DNA of 64,000 nucleotides from Gammaproteobacteria bacterium (GCA_047517965.1 JAKZRU010000016.1:34484-98483); one strand, 5' to 3'. Shown: positions 47,689-58,519, counted from the stretch's first letter. The notes: a model not told the origin generated them from the letters alone. Translations and numbers: made by a program.

Positions 47689-49583
47689 TGGGCAAAGAAA
47701 TTCCTGACATCCTCTAGCTGATCGGATTTTTTCATTGGCGGCAGGTTGTTCAGAAACTGCTTTCCATAGCTGCTAGTTTTGATTCTGGGATCGCAGAGAA
47801 TCAGTACCCCCTTGTCGCTCGAATCTCGAATCAACCGACCCATGCCTTGCTTCAAGGACAGTACTGCCGACGGGACTTGCCAGTCGGAAAATATGTTCTT
47901 TCCAGCTTTGTTCATCAGTGCTTCTCGGGCAATCAGCAACGGATCGTTCGGAGGAATGAATGGCAATTTGGCAATTACCACGCATGAAAGTGCCTCACCT
48001 TTTACATCAACGCCTTCCCAGAAACTAGATGTTCCAAGGAGTACGGCATTTCCATCGGCCTTGAATCTTTCCAGCAAATTTGAACTGGTGTCGCGGCCTT
48101 GACAAAGTAAAGTGAAATTCAACTTGCCGTCAAGCAGCCTGTAGACGTAGTTCATCGAATAATGGCTGGTAAACAACACGAATGCCCTGCCACTGCTCAA
48201 TGGCATGACCTGCTTAACGACTTCTGCAACAGACTCGTCATATAACTCTCGGTATTTGGGCTGCGGCATGTCCCGAGGGAAATAAGCGAGAGCCTGTTTC
48301 TCAAAGTCGAATGGACTCTCCCACCTCTCGGAAACTACACCCTCTAGTCCGAGACGACTCTGAAAATGAGAAAAATCTTCTCCTACCGATAGCGTAGCCG
48401 AGGTAAAAATCCAACTGCCAGAGAAATCTGTTATCAAAGGCCCATAGTGTTTGCCAGGCTCAAGCGGTATCTGAGACAGGCTGAATCCGCTTCTACTGGA
48501 CTCGTACCATGTCGCACATTCCTCATTTTCTCTCTCAAAAATGCATTTCGCGTCTTCAATAATGTCAAGTGCATGATCGCGACACAGTTCAAACTCGTGT
48601 GAGGTCTCCATGATCGGCTCAATTGCGCACACAAACTCTTCCAGTAGACTTACGATTTTCCAATAGGTCGTCATGAACTCTCGATTGTCTGTCAGGTGCG
48701 ACACTAAAACCTTTACCGAATCATCTGATACTTTTGTTCTTGCATCCTCTGTCAATTGCGCCATGTCTGCGCACTTCTGATCAAGCCAGACCTGATCCAG
48801 TTCACTGTCCAAGGCGGCCTGCTGCAGATTTCTGCAAAACTGCAGCAATCGCTCTTTTGAAATCGAAATGCCCATTGTCTGTGCCGCAATCTCTGGAAAA
48901 CGATGGCCTTCATCAACGACGATCACTTCTGCATGCGACAGCAATCCTGAATCGTCTTCCCCGGAGTGCTGAAAATTCAGGCACAGCAGATTGTGATTTA
49001 CGACCAGCACATCAGCGCTTCGGGCTTTGATTCTGGCACGATTGACATAACACTCTTTGGAAAATTCACACTGACTGCCAAGACAGTTTTCCGCAGTCGA
49101 AGTAATCATTCTTTTGTGTTCGCTGGAAAGACGAGGGTACTCGGATATATCCCCATCGCCCCTCTCAGAAACCCAGTCATAGATACGGTTGATTCTCGCA
49201 GTTGCACCGAGCATGTCCGGTTGTCGATTGAGCTGATCATGTCGATACAAACAAAGGTAATTGCTTCTCCCTTTCAGTACTCTGACTTCCGGTGATATAC
49301 CCAAGGCTTTGCATACCCAGGGAATATCTGTCTGAAACAGCTGCTCTTGAAGATTTTTAGTGCGCGTCGAAATGACGGTTTTCTTTTTTGCCAGTAACGG
49401 CGGAACCAGGTAACTAAAAGTCTTTCCGGTTCCAGTTCCAGATTCGACAATCAAGTTATCGTTTTGCTCAATGGCAGAGTCAATTGCTTCTGCCATTTCT
49501 CTCTGACAATCCCGAACTGCAAACCATTCGTAAGACTGGTTGAATGGTCCGTCGGGACCGAGAATTGTAAAACTGTCAGGCAT
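47685..49583 (-). CDS. yoaA: DinG-family Fe-S ATP-dependent DNA helicase (YoaA-like)
   Basis: Walker A (ESGTGTGKT), DEGH box (VVDEGHRF), an Fe-S Cys cluster region (CLYRH..., CLGSQCEFSKEC) and C-terminal helicase motifs. Adjacent to tsaB, as yoaA is to yeaZ in E. coli. The start is trimmed to ATG 49583, because the track ORF would overlap dnaJ. Confidence 0.85.
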   Translation of the reverse strand: MPDSFTILGPDGPFNQSYEWFAVRDCQREMAEAIDSAIEQNDNLIVESGTGTGKTFSYLVPPLLAKKKTVISTRTKNLQEQLFQTDIPWVCKALGISPEVRVLKGRSNYLCLYRHDQLNRQPDMLGATARINRIYDWVSERGDGDISEYPRLSSEHKRMITSTAENCLGSQCEFSKECYVNRARIKARSADVLVVNHNLLCLNFQHSGEDDSGLLSHAEVIVVDEGHRFPEIAAQTMGISISKERLLQFCRNLQQAALDSELDQVWLDQKCADMAQLTEDARTKVSDDSVKVLVSHLTDNREFMTTYWKIVSLLEEFVCAIEPIMETSHEFELCRDHALDIIEDAKCIFERENEECATWYESSRSGFSLSQIPLEPGKHYGPLITDFSGSWIFTSATLSVGEDFSHFQSRLGLEGVVSERWESPFDFEKQALAYFPRDMPQPKYRELYDESVAEVVKQVMPLSSGRAFVLFTSHYSMNYVYRLLDGKLNFTLLCQGRDTSSNLLERFKADGNAVLLGTSSFWEGVDVKGEALSCVVIAKLPFIPPNDPLLIAREALMNKAGKNIFSDWQVPSAVLSLKQGMGRLIRDSSDKGVLILCDPRIKTSSYGKQFLNNLPPMKKSDQLEDVRNFFAQ

Positions 49584-49647
49584 GAATATCCGGTATCCGG
49601 CAATGTTGATGTGCGCTAGTCGCGCCCATGCCCTAGTATGACAGAAC

Positions 49648-50772
49648 TCAAGCGGCGAGTTTTTCCAAAAATGACTTGATTCGCTGCGTCCAGTTGCTAA
49701 CACTAGGAGTATGGCGCGCACCGCCTTTGACGACGAGATTGTCGAAGTCCTCAAGCAGCCCTTTCTGCTTCTGCGTTAGGCCAACCGGCGTTTCTACAAT
49801 CAACTTGCAAAACAGATCACCTGCCACATGCGATCGAACATTACGTATTCCCTTTCCTCGCAACCGCATAAGTTTGCCGGTCTGCGTCTCAGGATGAACT
49901 TTTAGATTTGCACGACCGTCCAGAGTCGGAATTGCAACCGTCCCGCCAAGAGCAGCGGTTGCAAAGCTGATCGGAATTTCACAGTACACGTTATCACCGT
50001 CGCGTTCAAAGATTGAATGCGGATTGATTCGAACTTGAACAAAAAGATCGCCCGGCGAAATTCCGCCACGCCCGGCTTCCCCCTTACCCGTGATTCTGAC
50101 CTGATTTCCATGATCAATGCCAGCAGGAATTTGCACCGACAAGCGCGTTGTTTCCTGCACCCGTCCCTGCCCTCTGCATTTGTGACAGGGGTTTGTGATC
50201 ACAGTTCCTTGTCCATGGCACTTGGGACAGGTCTGCTGCAGCGAGAATGCAAGCTGCTGAATTCTTACTTGGCCGTGCCCGCCGCAGGTATTGCAGGTTG
50301 TTGGTGTGGTGCCTTTTCTGGCACCACTGCCGTCGCACTCATCGCAGCCGATCATCCTTGGTACACTGATTTCGGTCTCAACGCCGCGCACCGCATCTTC
50401 CAGATCCAAATCCAGTGTGTATCGTAGATTGGAACCCTGAGCCGGTCGACTCGACTGACGGCTAGCTCCAAATATATCGCTGAAGATGTCGCCGAAAATA
50501 TCGCCGAACCCTTCCCCGCTGGTAGATCTAGCGCCCGACAAACCTTCCAGGCCTTCATGACCAAATCGATCGTATCGCTTGCGAGATTCCAAATTGGACA
50601 ATACTTCGTAAGCCTCTTTTGCCTCCTTGAATTTGGCTTCTGCGCTTTTAGCGTCATCCTGATTCCGGTCAGGATGGTATTTCATGGCTAAACGTCGATA
50701 TGCGCGCTTGACATCACTCTCGGCGGCATCCCTCTGGACACCTAGCACATCATAGTAATCACGTTTAGACAT
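49648..50772 (-). CDS. dnaJ: Chaperone DnaJ
   Basis: J domain ([10 protein letters not shown]...HPD), a G/F region and four CxxCxGxG zinc motifs. Confidence 0.97.
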   Translation of the reverse strand: MSKRDYYDVLGVQRDAAESDVKRAYRRLAMKYHPDRNQDDAKSAEAKFKEAKEAYEVLSNLESRKRYDRFGHEGLEGLSGARSTSGEGFGDIFGDIFSDIFGASRQSSRPAQGSNLRYTLDLDLEDAVRGVETEISVPRMIGCDECDGSGARKGTTPTTCNTCGGHGQVRIQQLAFSLQQTCPKCHGQGTVITNPCHKCRGQGRVQETTRLSVQIPAGIDHGNQVRITGKGEAGRGGISPGDLFVQVRINPHSIFERDGDNVYCEIPISFATAALGGTVAIPTLDGRANLKVHPETQTGKLMRLRGKGIRNVRSHVAGDLFCKLIVETPVGLTQKQKGLLEDFDNLVVKGGARHTPSVSNWTQRIKSFLEKLAA

Positions 50773-50821
50773 AGTGTTTTAGTGGTAGGTAGCAGTGGCC
50801 GTTAATATCAAGGGTTCGACA

Positions 50822-52753
50822 TCAGTTGCGCTGCTCGTCATCGGTAACTTCTTCAAAATCTGCATCGACGGCATCGCTATCGCCAGCTGATTCAGGTGTA
50901 GAGTCCGGGCTAGCTTCCGCTTGTGCCGACGCTTCGCTGTAGGCTTTCGCTGCAAGCGAATGACTCGCGTTGGCCAATGCCTCCGTCTTGGATCGAATTT
51001 CTTCGGTGCCCAGATCCGCATTGATTGCAGACTCGAGATCGGAGATTGCTGATTCGATCGACGCTTTTTCTGATTCATCGACTTTATCACCTAGTTCGCT
51101 GACGGTTTTGCGCACAGAATGTATCAAACCTTCGGCCTGATTTTTGGCTTCAGCTTTCTCTCTCATCTGCTGGTCTTCATCTGCATGTTCCTCAGCCTCG
51201 CGAACCATGCGTTCAATCTCGGATTTATCTAGTCCGGAACTGGACTTGATTTCGATTCGATTCTCTTTGCCGGTCGCCTTGTCTTTGGCAGAGACGTGCA
51301 TGATTCCATTCGCATCAATATCGAATGTCACCTCAATCTGCGGTACGCCTCTTTGCGCGGTCGGGATATCCGTAAGGTCGAATCGCCCGAGTGACTTATT
51401 GTGCTGGGCCATATCCCGCTCACCCTGAAGTACATGCACAGTTACTGCGGTCTGGTTATCATCCGCAGTTGAAAACGTTTGAGTTTCCTTGGTTGGAATG
51501 GTCGTGTTTTTCTGAATCAACTTCGTCATTACTCCACCAAGTGTCTCAATTCCAAGGGATAGCGGCGTTACATCCAAAAGCAACACGTCTTTTACGTCGC
51601 CGCCTAAAACACCACCTTGAATGGCGGCACCGGCTGCGATCGCTTCATCCGGATTGACATCCTTGCGCGCTTCCTTGCCGAATATCTTCGTGACAGTTTC
51701 CTGAACTTTCGGCATCCGAGTCTGGCCGCCAACCAGAATTACATGATCAATTTCCTTGGCAGACAAGCCAGCATCTTTCAGCGCAGTTTTGCAAGGCCCA
51801 ACAGTTCTTGCCACTAGATCGTCTACCAACGCCTCAATCTTGGCTCTGGTCAATTTGTAGTTCAAGTGTTTCGGGCCGGTCTGGTCAGCCGTGATGTAAG
51901 GCAGGTTGACCTCGGTCTGAGTGCTGGAAGACAACTCAATCTTTGCTTTCTCAGCGCCTTCCTTGAGTCTCTGCATGGCGAGCGGGTCACCTCGCAGGTC
52001 CATACCCTGATCCTTCTTGAATTCATCCGCAAGGTAATCAATCACTCGTCGGTCAAAATCCTCACCGCCCAAGAAAGTATCACCATTGGTTGAAAGCACC
52101 TCAAATTGATGTTCACCGTCCACTTCGGCGATTTCAATGATTGATATATCGAACGTTCCGCCACCGAGATCATAGACCGCGATTTTGCGATCGCCTTCCT
52201 GCTTGTCCAATCCATAGGCCAGTGCTGCTGCGGTGGGTTCGTTAATAATCCGCCTGACGTCCAATCCTGCAATCTTGCCAGCATCCTTGGTCGCCTGTCG
52301 CTGAGAATCATTGAAATACGCAGGTACTGTGATAACTGCACTCGTGACTTCGGTACCAAGGTAGTCCTCGGCCGTCTGCTTCAGTTTCTGCAGAATGCGC
52401 GCAGCAACTTCTGGAGGTGCGAGTTCCTTGTCTCCTACCTTAACCCAGGCATCACCGTTACTTGCTTTGATGATCTTGTAGGGCATCAGATTCATATCCT
52501 GCTGGACAACGTCCTCCGAGAATTTCCGTCCGATCAGACGCTTGACTGCAAATAGTGTGTTGTAAGGATTGGTAACAGCCTGTCGTTTGGCCGGCTGACC
52601 CACCAGCACTTCACCATCGTTGGTATAAGCAACAATCGAAGGTGTCGTTCGATCACCCTCCTGATTCTCGATGATTCTGGCAGTGTCACCGCCCTCATAG
52701 ACCGACACACATGAGTTCGTCGTACCCAAATCAATGCCGATAATTTTTGCCAT
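50822..52753 (-). CDS. dnaK: Chaperone DnaK (Hsp70)
   Basis: 643 aa. [18 protein letters not shown] and other Hsp70 signatures. Confidence 0.98.
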   Translation of the reverse strand: MAKIIGIDLGTTNSCVSVYEGGDTARIIENQEGDRTTPSIVAYTNDGEVLVGQPAKRQAVTNPYNTLFAVKRLIGRKFSEDVVQQDMNLMPYKIIKASNGDAWVKVGDKELAPPEVAARILQKLKQTAEDYLGTEVTSAVITVPAYFNDSQRQATKDAGKIAGLDVRRIINEPTAAALAYGLDKQEGDRKIAVYDLGGGTFDISIIEIAEVDGEHQFEVLSTNGDTFLGGEDFDRRVIDYLADEFKKDQGMDLRGDPLAMQRLKEGAEKAKIELSSSTQTEVNLPYITADQTGPKHLNYKLTRAKIEALVDDLVARTVGPCKTALKDAGLSAKEIDHVILVGGQTRMPKVQETVTKIFGKEARKDVNPDEAIAAGAAIQGGVLGGDVKDVLLLDVTPLSLGIETLGGVMTKLIQKNTTIPTKETQTFSTADDNQTAVTVHVLQGERDMAQHNKSLGRFDLTDIPTAQRGVPQIEVTFDIDANGIMHVSAKDKATGKENRIEIKSSSGLDKSEIERMVREAEEHADEDQQMREKAEAKNQAEGLIHSVRKTVSELGDKVDESEKASIESAISDLESAINADLGTEEIRSKTEALANASHSLAAKAYSEASAQAEASPDSTPESAGDSDAVDADFEEVTDDEQRN

Positions 52754-52815
52754 GTTCAGCTCCTAGATAAAATAAATATTCGTTGCCAATACAAATAAGT
52801 TCTATGATCAAAAAA

Positions 52816-53511
52816 TCAAGAGTTTTCCGTATCATTTGGCTTGGATTCGTTGGTGTTTTCTGACTCTTCGCCATCTTTCACAGCAGAGGTGACGATGACC
52901 ATTGCGGGGCGCAACAACCTGTCATGCAACCGGTACCCTTTGCGGAAAACTTCAGAGATGTGATTGGGTGGAATTTCCACACTTGGCTGCATCGTCATCG
53001 CTTGATGAACATTCGCGTCAAATGGAGTACCCGGCTGCGGGTCGATCTCTTCGATGTAGAAACGCTTGAATGCACCCTGTAACTGCTTTCGCGTCAACTC
53101 AACGCCTTCCTGAATCGAACTGATGGTGGCTTCCAAATTTTCCAAATGTTCGATCTCGCACGCCTTGTCCAGGCTTTCCATGACATCCAGCATAGCTTGA
53201 GCAAACTGATCGATTCCGAACTTCCGCGCTCTTTCGATTTCCATATCATAGCGTTTGCGGAAGTTGTCGTAATCCGCCATCAAGCGAAGATATTTGTCTT
53301 TCTGATCCGCAATGTTTTTCTTTTGCAACTCAAGTTCTTCATAGATCCCTTCGAGAGATTCTGTCGTGAAACCTTCCTCGGATTCTTCTTCTACAATTCC
53401 GTAGTTCGCCCCGTTTCCGGTACCGCCATTCATCGTCGGCTGCTTCTCTTGGGCTTTCAGATTCTCGTTGCTGTTTTCTATTTTGTCTTGTGGAGATTTT
53501 TTTCTAGCCAT
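52816..53511 (-). CDS. grpE: Nucleotide exchange factor GrpE
   Basis: RLMADYDNFRKR coiled-coil motif and C-terminal beta domain GYRLHDRLLRPAMV. Confidence 0.95.
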   Translation of the reverse strand: MARKKSPQDKIENSNENLKAQEKQPTMNGGTGNGANYGIVEEESEEGFTTESLEGIYEELELQKKNIADQKDKYLRLMADYDNFRKRYDMEIERARKFGIDQFAQAMLDVMESLDKACEIEHLENLEATISSIQEGVELTRKQLQGAFKRFYIEEIDPQPGTPFDANVHQAMTMQPSVEIPPNHISEVFRKGYRLHDRLLRPAMVIVTSAVKDGEESENTNESKPNDTENS

Positions 53512-53561
53512 AATTTATCCTATGCGACAACAATTCTCCGATTGGCTCGGTAACTAGAGCC

Positions 53562-53592
53562 ATAAATAGGAACGCCACAAATTATTTCAAGG
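53562..53592 (-). promoter_or_regulatory. Candidate sigma32 (heat-shock) promoter upstream of grpE
   Basis: Minus strand reads TCCCTCCTTGAAA-TAATTTGTGGCGTT-CCTATTTAT, against the E. coli sigma32 consensus TCTCnCCCTTGAA-N13-17-CCCCATnTA. The -10 lies about 50 nt upstream of the grpE ATG. Confidence 0.45.
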
Positions 53593-53612
53593 AGGGATTA
53601 GTGAATTTCCGC

Positions 53613-54662
53613 TTAGTCCTGATTTAGATGGGCGAGCGCGTTGCCCAGCATCTTCGCAGTTACATCAACTATAGGAATGACGCGATCATATGGCATTCGA
53701 GTCGGTCCGATGACGCCAATTGCACCCAGACTCTGCCCTTTGACTTCGTAAGGAGCCGTGATGACACTGCAGTCATTCAATCCTTCATAACCGGATTCTG
53801 TGCCGATGAATATGGAAACGCCTCTCGCTCTGATGCTCTGATCAAGCAGATTCAACAAAGAGTGTCGTGTCTTGAAAGTTTCAAAAATCTTCCGAATTTT
53901 TTCAATTGCAGCAAAATCCGGCACATTCAGCAAATTCGCCTCACCGCTAACTACAACATCTTCTTCTGATTTCTCGTCGCGGTCAAATACGCGATTGGCA
54001 ATTGTAATGGCAGTTTGCATCAACTTATTGATTTGCTCGCTGTCATGCTTCATTTCGTTCAGCAGATGTTCCTTTACGGTGGACAGTGGTTTACCGCGAT
54101 AAGTATGATTGAAGAAATTGGCCGCTTCAGTCAGCTCTGACGCCGAATATTCGCGACTATTGGGGATGACACGGTTCTGTACTTGACCGTCTTCGGTGAT
54201 TAGAATTACAAGCACCCGGTTGCTGGACAAGCTGACGAATTCAATCTGTCGAAATTTGGCTATGGATGTGTTTGGCAAGAATACTATACTTGCAAACTGC
54301 GTGACTTCCGACAGCAGATTCGATGCAACCGTCATCAACTCCTTGGCGTCATTCTCTTCATTGAGCCGGTATTTGATTTCTTCTGTTTTCGCTCGCTTTA
54401 GCGGCCTGATCGTCAACAGAGAATCAATGAACAACCGATATCCAAGAGGTGTTGGGACTCTCCCAGAAGATGTATGAGGTGATTGGATCAGTCCCATTTC
54501 TTCCAAGTCAGCCATCACATTGCGAATTGTCGCTGCGCTGAGGTGCAAACCTGGTTCGTGAGAAAGCGTTCGCGAACCGACAGGATGGCCCTGATCAATA
54601 AATCGCGCAATCAGCATTCGCAGAAGCGTTTCAGATCTTTCGTCGAGATTCAACTCAGTCAT
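53613..54662 (-). CDS. hrcA: Heat-inducible transcription repressor HrcA
   Basis: 349 aa. N-terminal wHTH (ERSETLLRMLIARFIDQGHPVGSRTLS) with HrcA length and layout. Upstream of grpE. Confidence 0.92.
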   Translation of the reverse strand: MTELNLDERSETLLRMLIARFIDQGHPVGSRTLSHEPGLHLSAATIRNVMADLEEMGLIQSPHTSSGRVPTPLGYRLFIDSLLTIRPLKRAKTEEIKYRLNEENDAKELMTVASNLLSEVTQFASIVFLPNTSIAKFRQIEFVSLSSNRVLVILITEDGQVQNRVIPNSREYSASELTEAANFFNHTYRGKPLSTVKEHLLNEMKHDSEQINKLMQTAITIANRVFDRDEKSEEDVVVSGEANLLNVPDFAAIEKIRKIFETFKTRHSLLNLLDQSIRARGVSIFIGTESGYEGLNDCSVITAPYEVKGQSLGAIGVIGPTRMPYDRVIPIVDVTAKMLGNALAHLNQD

Positions 54663-54986
54663 TAATGCGGTCTGTACCAGGTTTGAAGAATTTCTCTATC
54701 ATTCACTCCGCGTCTTGCAGAACTGAATGAAAATTGATGAATAAAGTATATAACCGTTTGATGCAGATTCTGCAATTTGAAGTGCATGATTACGACTTCA
54801 GCATAAGAAATGCCCGGACAAATTAAAATCGGATCTGACGTTCAGCAAGGTGAAATGTATATTTATGCGGTAACCACATGTAAAATCAATAATAAATTCC
54901 GCTTGATACTTCTATGCAATTATGCATGGTTGCAATTAAACTTTTACAATTGATAGATTGCATTCAAGGTAGCACTTCGGTTCAGT

Positions 54987-55865
54987 TTGATGCGCCGCAT
55001 TTCCAAAATCATTATGACAGATTTCAAGACAGTCGGTATATTCGGCAATTTTTCAATCGAAAAGGTCGCAAATATTGCTGAGCAAATTGCCAACATATTG
55101 ATTGCGAGTGAAATCTCGTATCGACAGTATTTTTCAGCCATCGGGCAAGCCGAGAGGAATGAAGGAATAGATGACGATGAACTGGAACTTGCAATCGTGA
55201 TCGGCGGTGATGGTACCTTCATGAACGTGGCAAGACAGCGAGCGGGCTGCAGGTCACCTGTGCTAGGTGTCAATCTCGGCAGACGGGGCTTTCTGACCGA
55301 TGTCGCAGTTCAGGAAATAAATCAATCGATCAATCTCGTGGTGAATGGCAAATACTCAATCGAAACCCGGACACTGCTAGAGGCGACTACGACTTTTCAC
55401 GACAATAGCATTGCTGTTGCAACCGCTCTGAACGATATCGTCGTTCACAAAACAAATTACGGACGACTGCTGGATTTTGAAATTATCGTAGACGGGGCCT
55501 TTGTAACCAGTCTGCGAGCCGACGGCGTGATTGTCGCCACTCCGACCGGGGCAACCGCATACGCCCTCTCAGCTGGTGGGCCGGTTCTACATCCCGACCT
55601 TCCAGCAATCGAGATGATTCCGATTAGTCCGCAAACACTGACTCATCGGCCAATTGTGTTCAGTGATTCAAGCGCGATTGAAATCCACATGACCAATGCA
55701 ACTTCCGGGAATTCCAGCCTGGTGGTTGACGGCGACGTTCGCGAAGAGTTGAACGGTACGGAAAAGATCGTTGTGCGACGCTCAGACCTCACTGTCGATT
55801 TCGTCAGAATTTCGGGGCATACTTTCTACAACGCACTACGACAAAAACTTGGCTGGGGCGTTTAA
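54987..55865 (+). CDS. nadK: NAD kinase
   Basis: GGDGT motif (VIGGDGTFMNVAR), NDIVV, DGVIVATPTGATAYALSAGGP. The likely real start is ATG 54990 or 55014. Confidence 0.93.
   Translation: MMRRISKIIMTDFKTVGIFGNFSIEKVANIAEQIANILIASEISYRQYFSAIGQAERNEGIDDDELELAIVIGGDGTFMNVARQRAGCRSPVLGVNLGRRGFLTDVAVQEINQSINLVVNGKYSIETRTLLEATTTFHDNSIAVATALNDIVVHKTNYGRLLDFEIIVDGAFVTSLRADGVIVATPTGATAYALSAGGPVLHPDLPAIEMIPISPQTLTHRPIVFSDSSAIEIHMTNATSGNSSLVVDGDVREELNGTEKIVVRRSDLTVDFVRISGHTFYNALRQKLGWGV
55792..55807. promoter_or_regulatory. Weak LexA-box-like site (CTG-N10-CAG) upstream of recN
   Basis: CTGTCGATTTCGTCAG lies inside the 3' end of nadK, about 75-90 nt upstream of the recN ATG. It matches only the CTG-N10-CAG core. 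Confidence 0.2.
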
Positions 55866-55880
55866 AATCTGTAAGGCAAG

Positions 55881-57548
55881 ATGATCAAATCGCTCTACAT
55901 CAAGGACTATCTTCTCATCCCAAACATTCAAATCGACTTCCAAAAGGGTCTGACCGTCATCACAGGCGAAACCGGTGCAGGTAAATCGCTTATCGTCGAT
56001 TCACTGGAACTCGCGCTAGGCGCACGTGCAGATTCGGGGATCATACGTAGCGGCTGCGACAAGGCTGAGATTTTCGTCATTTTTCAAATCCACAACGCGA
56101 GCATTGTAGGCTGGCTGAAAGAACATGATCTGTATGACGGTGCAGAATGCATAATCCATCGTGTGATATTCCCTGATCGTGCTTCTCGGGCCTATATCAA
56201 TGGCCGACCGGCAACATTGCAGAGTGTAAGGAGTCTGGGCTCACAACTGGTCGAGATTCATGGTCAGCACGAACATCAGTCTTTGCTGAAGTCAGTTGCA
56301 CAAAGAAATATCCTTGATGGTTTCGCTGGAATTCTCGACAAAACAAACAATCTTTCCAGCCTCGCAGTATCGATAAGAAATGAGACAAGCCGTCGTGGCA
56401 GCCTGATTGACAGACAGCAGCACCTGGACGAGCAACTGAACTTGTTGCGCCATCAATCCAGTGTGCTAGATCAACTGCAGCCGGAGCAAGGCGAGTTCTC
56501 CCGACTCAAAAACGAACTTGCACGAGCGACTCACGCTGAAGAACTCTCGACCGGTCTGCACGAGATAGCCCAAAGATTGTTCTACGCAGATGATGCGAGT
56601 GTCAGTGGCACCTTGACTGAAAGTATCAGACAAATTGGCAAGCTCAGTGAGTATGACCCTGAGCTTGGGGTCTATGCCAACATGCTGGAAGAAGCAAGAT
56701 TTCGGACCGATGATGCGGCTCGAGAGATTCTCTCAGTTTCAAGTCGAATTGAATATGACCCTGCCGAAATCACATCCATTGAAGAACGAATGGCATCGCT
56801 ACAGCAGCAAGCGCGAATTCACGATATCAGTGCGGACGAATTGCCCGACGCACTGCTGAAGATTGGTGAACAAATTTGTAAACTTGAAACCGAGCTTGCC
56901 GGGATAACTACATTGGATGATAGAATCAAACAGCTGCAAGCCGAGCATCACTCTGCTGCATCCGAAATCAGTAAAGTTCGCAGAGATTTTGCCATCGCTT
57001 TATCTGTGGCTATGACTGAGCAAATGCAGAAATTGGGAATGGAAGGTGGTGTGTTCGAAGTTGAGCTGATTGAACACAATCCGGTCGACTATGCAGGATT
57101 CGGATGGGAAAACGTCAATTTTCTAGTATCTACGAATCCAGGCCAGCAAAAGGGAGCGCTATCCAAAGTTGCATCTGGAGGTGAGCTCTCACGATTAAGT
57201 TTGGCCATTCAGACGGTCGCTGCCGAAGTTACGCAAGTACATTCTCTTGTATTTGATGAAATTGATGTCGGTATCGGCGGAAAAGTTGCTGAACGGGTTG
57301 GTAGGCTGTTGAGGTCGCTTGGCAAATCAACACAAATTTTCTGTATTACCCACCTACCCCAGGTTGCCGCACAAGGCGATCATCAATTGAATGTGAACAA
57401 GAAGACAGAGAATGGCTCGAGTGTTGAAATTCGACTGCTTGACCACGAACAACGCATTTCGGAAATCGCCAGAATGCTCGGTGGTGCTAAAATTACGGTT
57501 CGTACCACTGAACACGCCAAAGAGATGCTTATACAAGGCTCAATGTGA
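55881..57548 (+). CDS. recN: DNA repair protein RecN
   Basis: 555 aa. SMC-like head (ITGETGAGKS), a coiled coil and C-terminal ASGGELSRLSLA / FDEIDVGIGG. Confidence 0.96.
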   Translation: MIKSLYIKDYLLIPNIQIDFQKGLTVITGETGAGKSLIVDSLELALGARADSGIIRSGCDKAEIFVIFQIHNASIVGWLKEHDLYDGAECIIHRVIFPDRASRAYINGRPATLQSVRSLGSQLVEIHGQHEHQSLLKSVAQRNILDGFAGILDKTNNLSSLAVSIRNETSRRGSLIDRQQHLDEQLNLLRHQSSVLDQLQPEQGEFSRLKNELARATHAEELSTGLHEIAQRLFYADDASVSGTLTESIRQIGKLSEYDPELGVYANMLEEARFRTDDAAREILSVSSRIEYDPAEITSIEERMASLQQQARIHDISADELPDALLKIGEQICKLETELAGITTLDDRIKQLQAEHHSAASEISKVRRDFAIALSVAMTEQMQKLGMEGGVFEVELIEHNPVDYAGFGWENVNFLVSTNPGQQKGALSKVASGGELSRLSLAIQTVAAEVTQVHSLVFDEIDVGIGGKVAERVGRLLRSLGKSTQIFCITHLPQVAAQGDHQLNVNKKTENGSSVEIRLLDHEQRISEIARMLGGAKITVRTTEHAKEMLIQGSM

Positions 57549-58033
57549 TGCAACCATCTGTTGAAAATCTGTTTAAACCGATCACTCGCGATGCGACAAT
57601 CAACGATGTGGAAGACATCTACGAACTGATGGAATGTTACGCTTCCGACGGGATTCTACTGCCGCGAACGAAGACTGACATTGTCGACAATTTGATGAAA
57701 TTCAGCGTTATAGAAATTCAAGGCAAAACCGTCGCCTGCGCAGCGCTCGAAATCTTTAACAAAAAACTCTGTGAGGTTCGCAGCCTAGTCGTAGCATCGG
57801 AAATGAAACACTTTGGTTACGGTCGAATTCTGGTTGAAGTTTTGATCGATAAAGCCCTGTCAATGGGATTAACACGAATAATGGCGCTTACTTACGTACC
57901 GGGATTTTTTCATCGCATTGGATTTCACACTGTGAATAAAGAGATTTTTCCAGAAAAAGTATGGGGTGTATGCGCCAAGTGCAGTAGATTCAACGACTGT
58001 GATGAAATCGCAGTACTAAAGGAACTGAAGTGA
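57545..58033 (+). CDS. GNAT-family N-acetyltransferase (short N-acetylglutamate-synthase-like type)
   Basis: 162 aa. Acetyl-CoA motif A region (VRSLVVASEMKHFGYGRILV). 4-nt overlaps with recN and bamE. Confidence 0.75.
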   Translation: MMQPSVENLFKPITRDATINDVEDIYELMECYASDGILLPRTKTDIVDNLMKFSVIEIQGKTVACAALEIFNKKLCEVRSLVVASEMKHFGYGRILVEVLIDKALSMGLTRIMALTYVPGFFHRIGFHTVNKEIFPEKVWGVCAKCSRFNDCDEIAVLKELK

Positions 58034-58404
58034 TTCAATTACAAGAGAAATTTCAATCATCCCGTTACGTAACGGCGATTACGATTCTGTGCATAGTTTT
58101 GCTGGTTTCGTGTTCAATCTATCGTCCTGAAATATATCAAGGGCAATCATCAGATCTAGTAGATGTCAGCAAACTAACCGTTGGAATGACACCTGATGAA
58201 GTGTTGGACATCATGGGAACTCCGTTAATTGTTGATTCGTTTCACAGTGACCGATGGGACTATGTTCATAATGTAATCGACAGTAAACGAACCATCGTAT
58301 CAAAGCAAAAAGTTACAGTCTTCTTCAAAGACGGAGTAGTGGCGAAAGTCGAACATAACTTAGACCAAACCTCAGAATTGGAAAAGCAGACTGTGAAGGA
58401 ATAG
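58030..58404 (+). CDS. bamE: Outer membrane protein assembly factor BamE (SmpA/OmlA)
   Basis: Lipobox LLVSC. SmpA_OmlA pattern (LTVGMTPDEVLDIMGTPLIVDSFHSDRWDYV). Position after recN, as in E. coli. Confidence 0.85.
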   Translation: MIQLQEKFQSSRYVTAITILCIVLLVSCSIYRPEIYQGQSSDLVDVSKLTVGMTPDEVLDIMGTPLIVDSFHSDRWDYVHNVIDSKRTIVSKQKVTVFFKDGVVAKVEHNLDQTSELEKQTVKE

Positions 58405-58519
58405 ATAATGAATAGTTGGTTAGTTAACTAATATCTGTGCAACGTGCGATAAAATGTTTCGATTATGGTTGCAAATGCGGTATTCATGGCCATATACGAT
58501 TCCACTCCCCCAAAACCCT

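Noticed and set aside
54663-54986. A CIRCE operator, or a sigma32 promoter, directly upstream of hrcA.
   Set aside because: Only one degenerate half-site (GTAGCACTT, about 54970) is present, with no inverted partner at N9. The CTTCAAA-N13-CCGCATTA match on the minus strand ends right at the hrcA ATG, which would leave no room for a leader.
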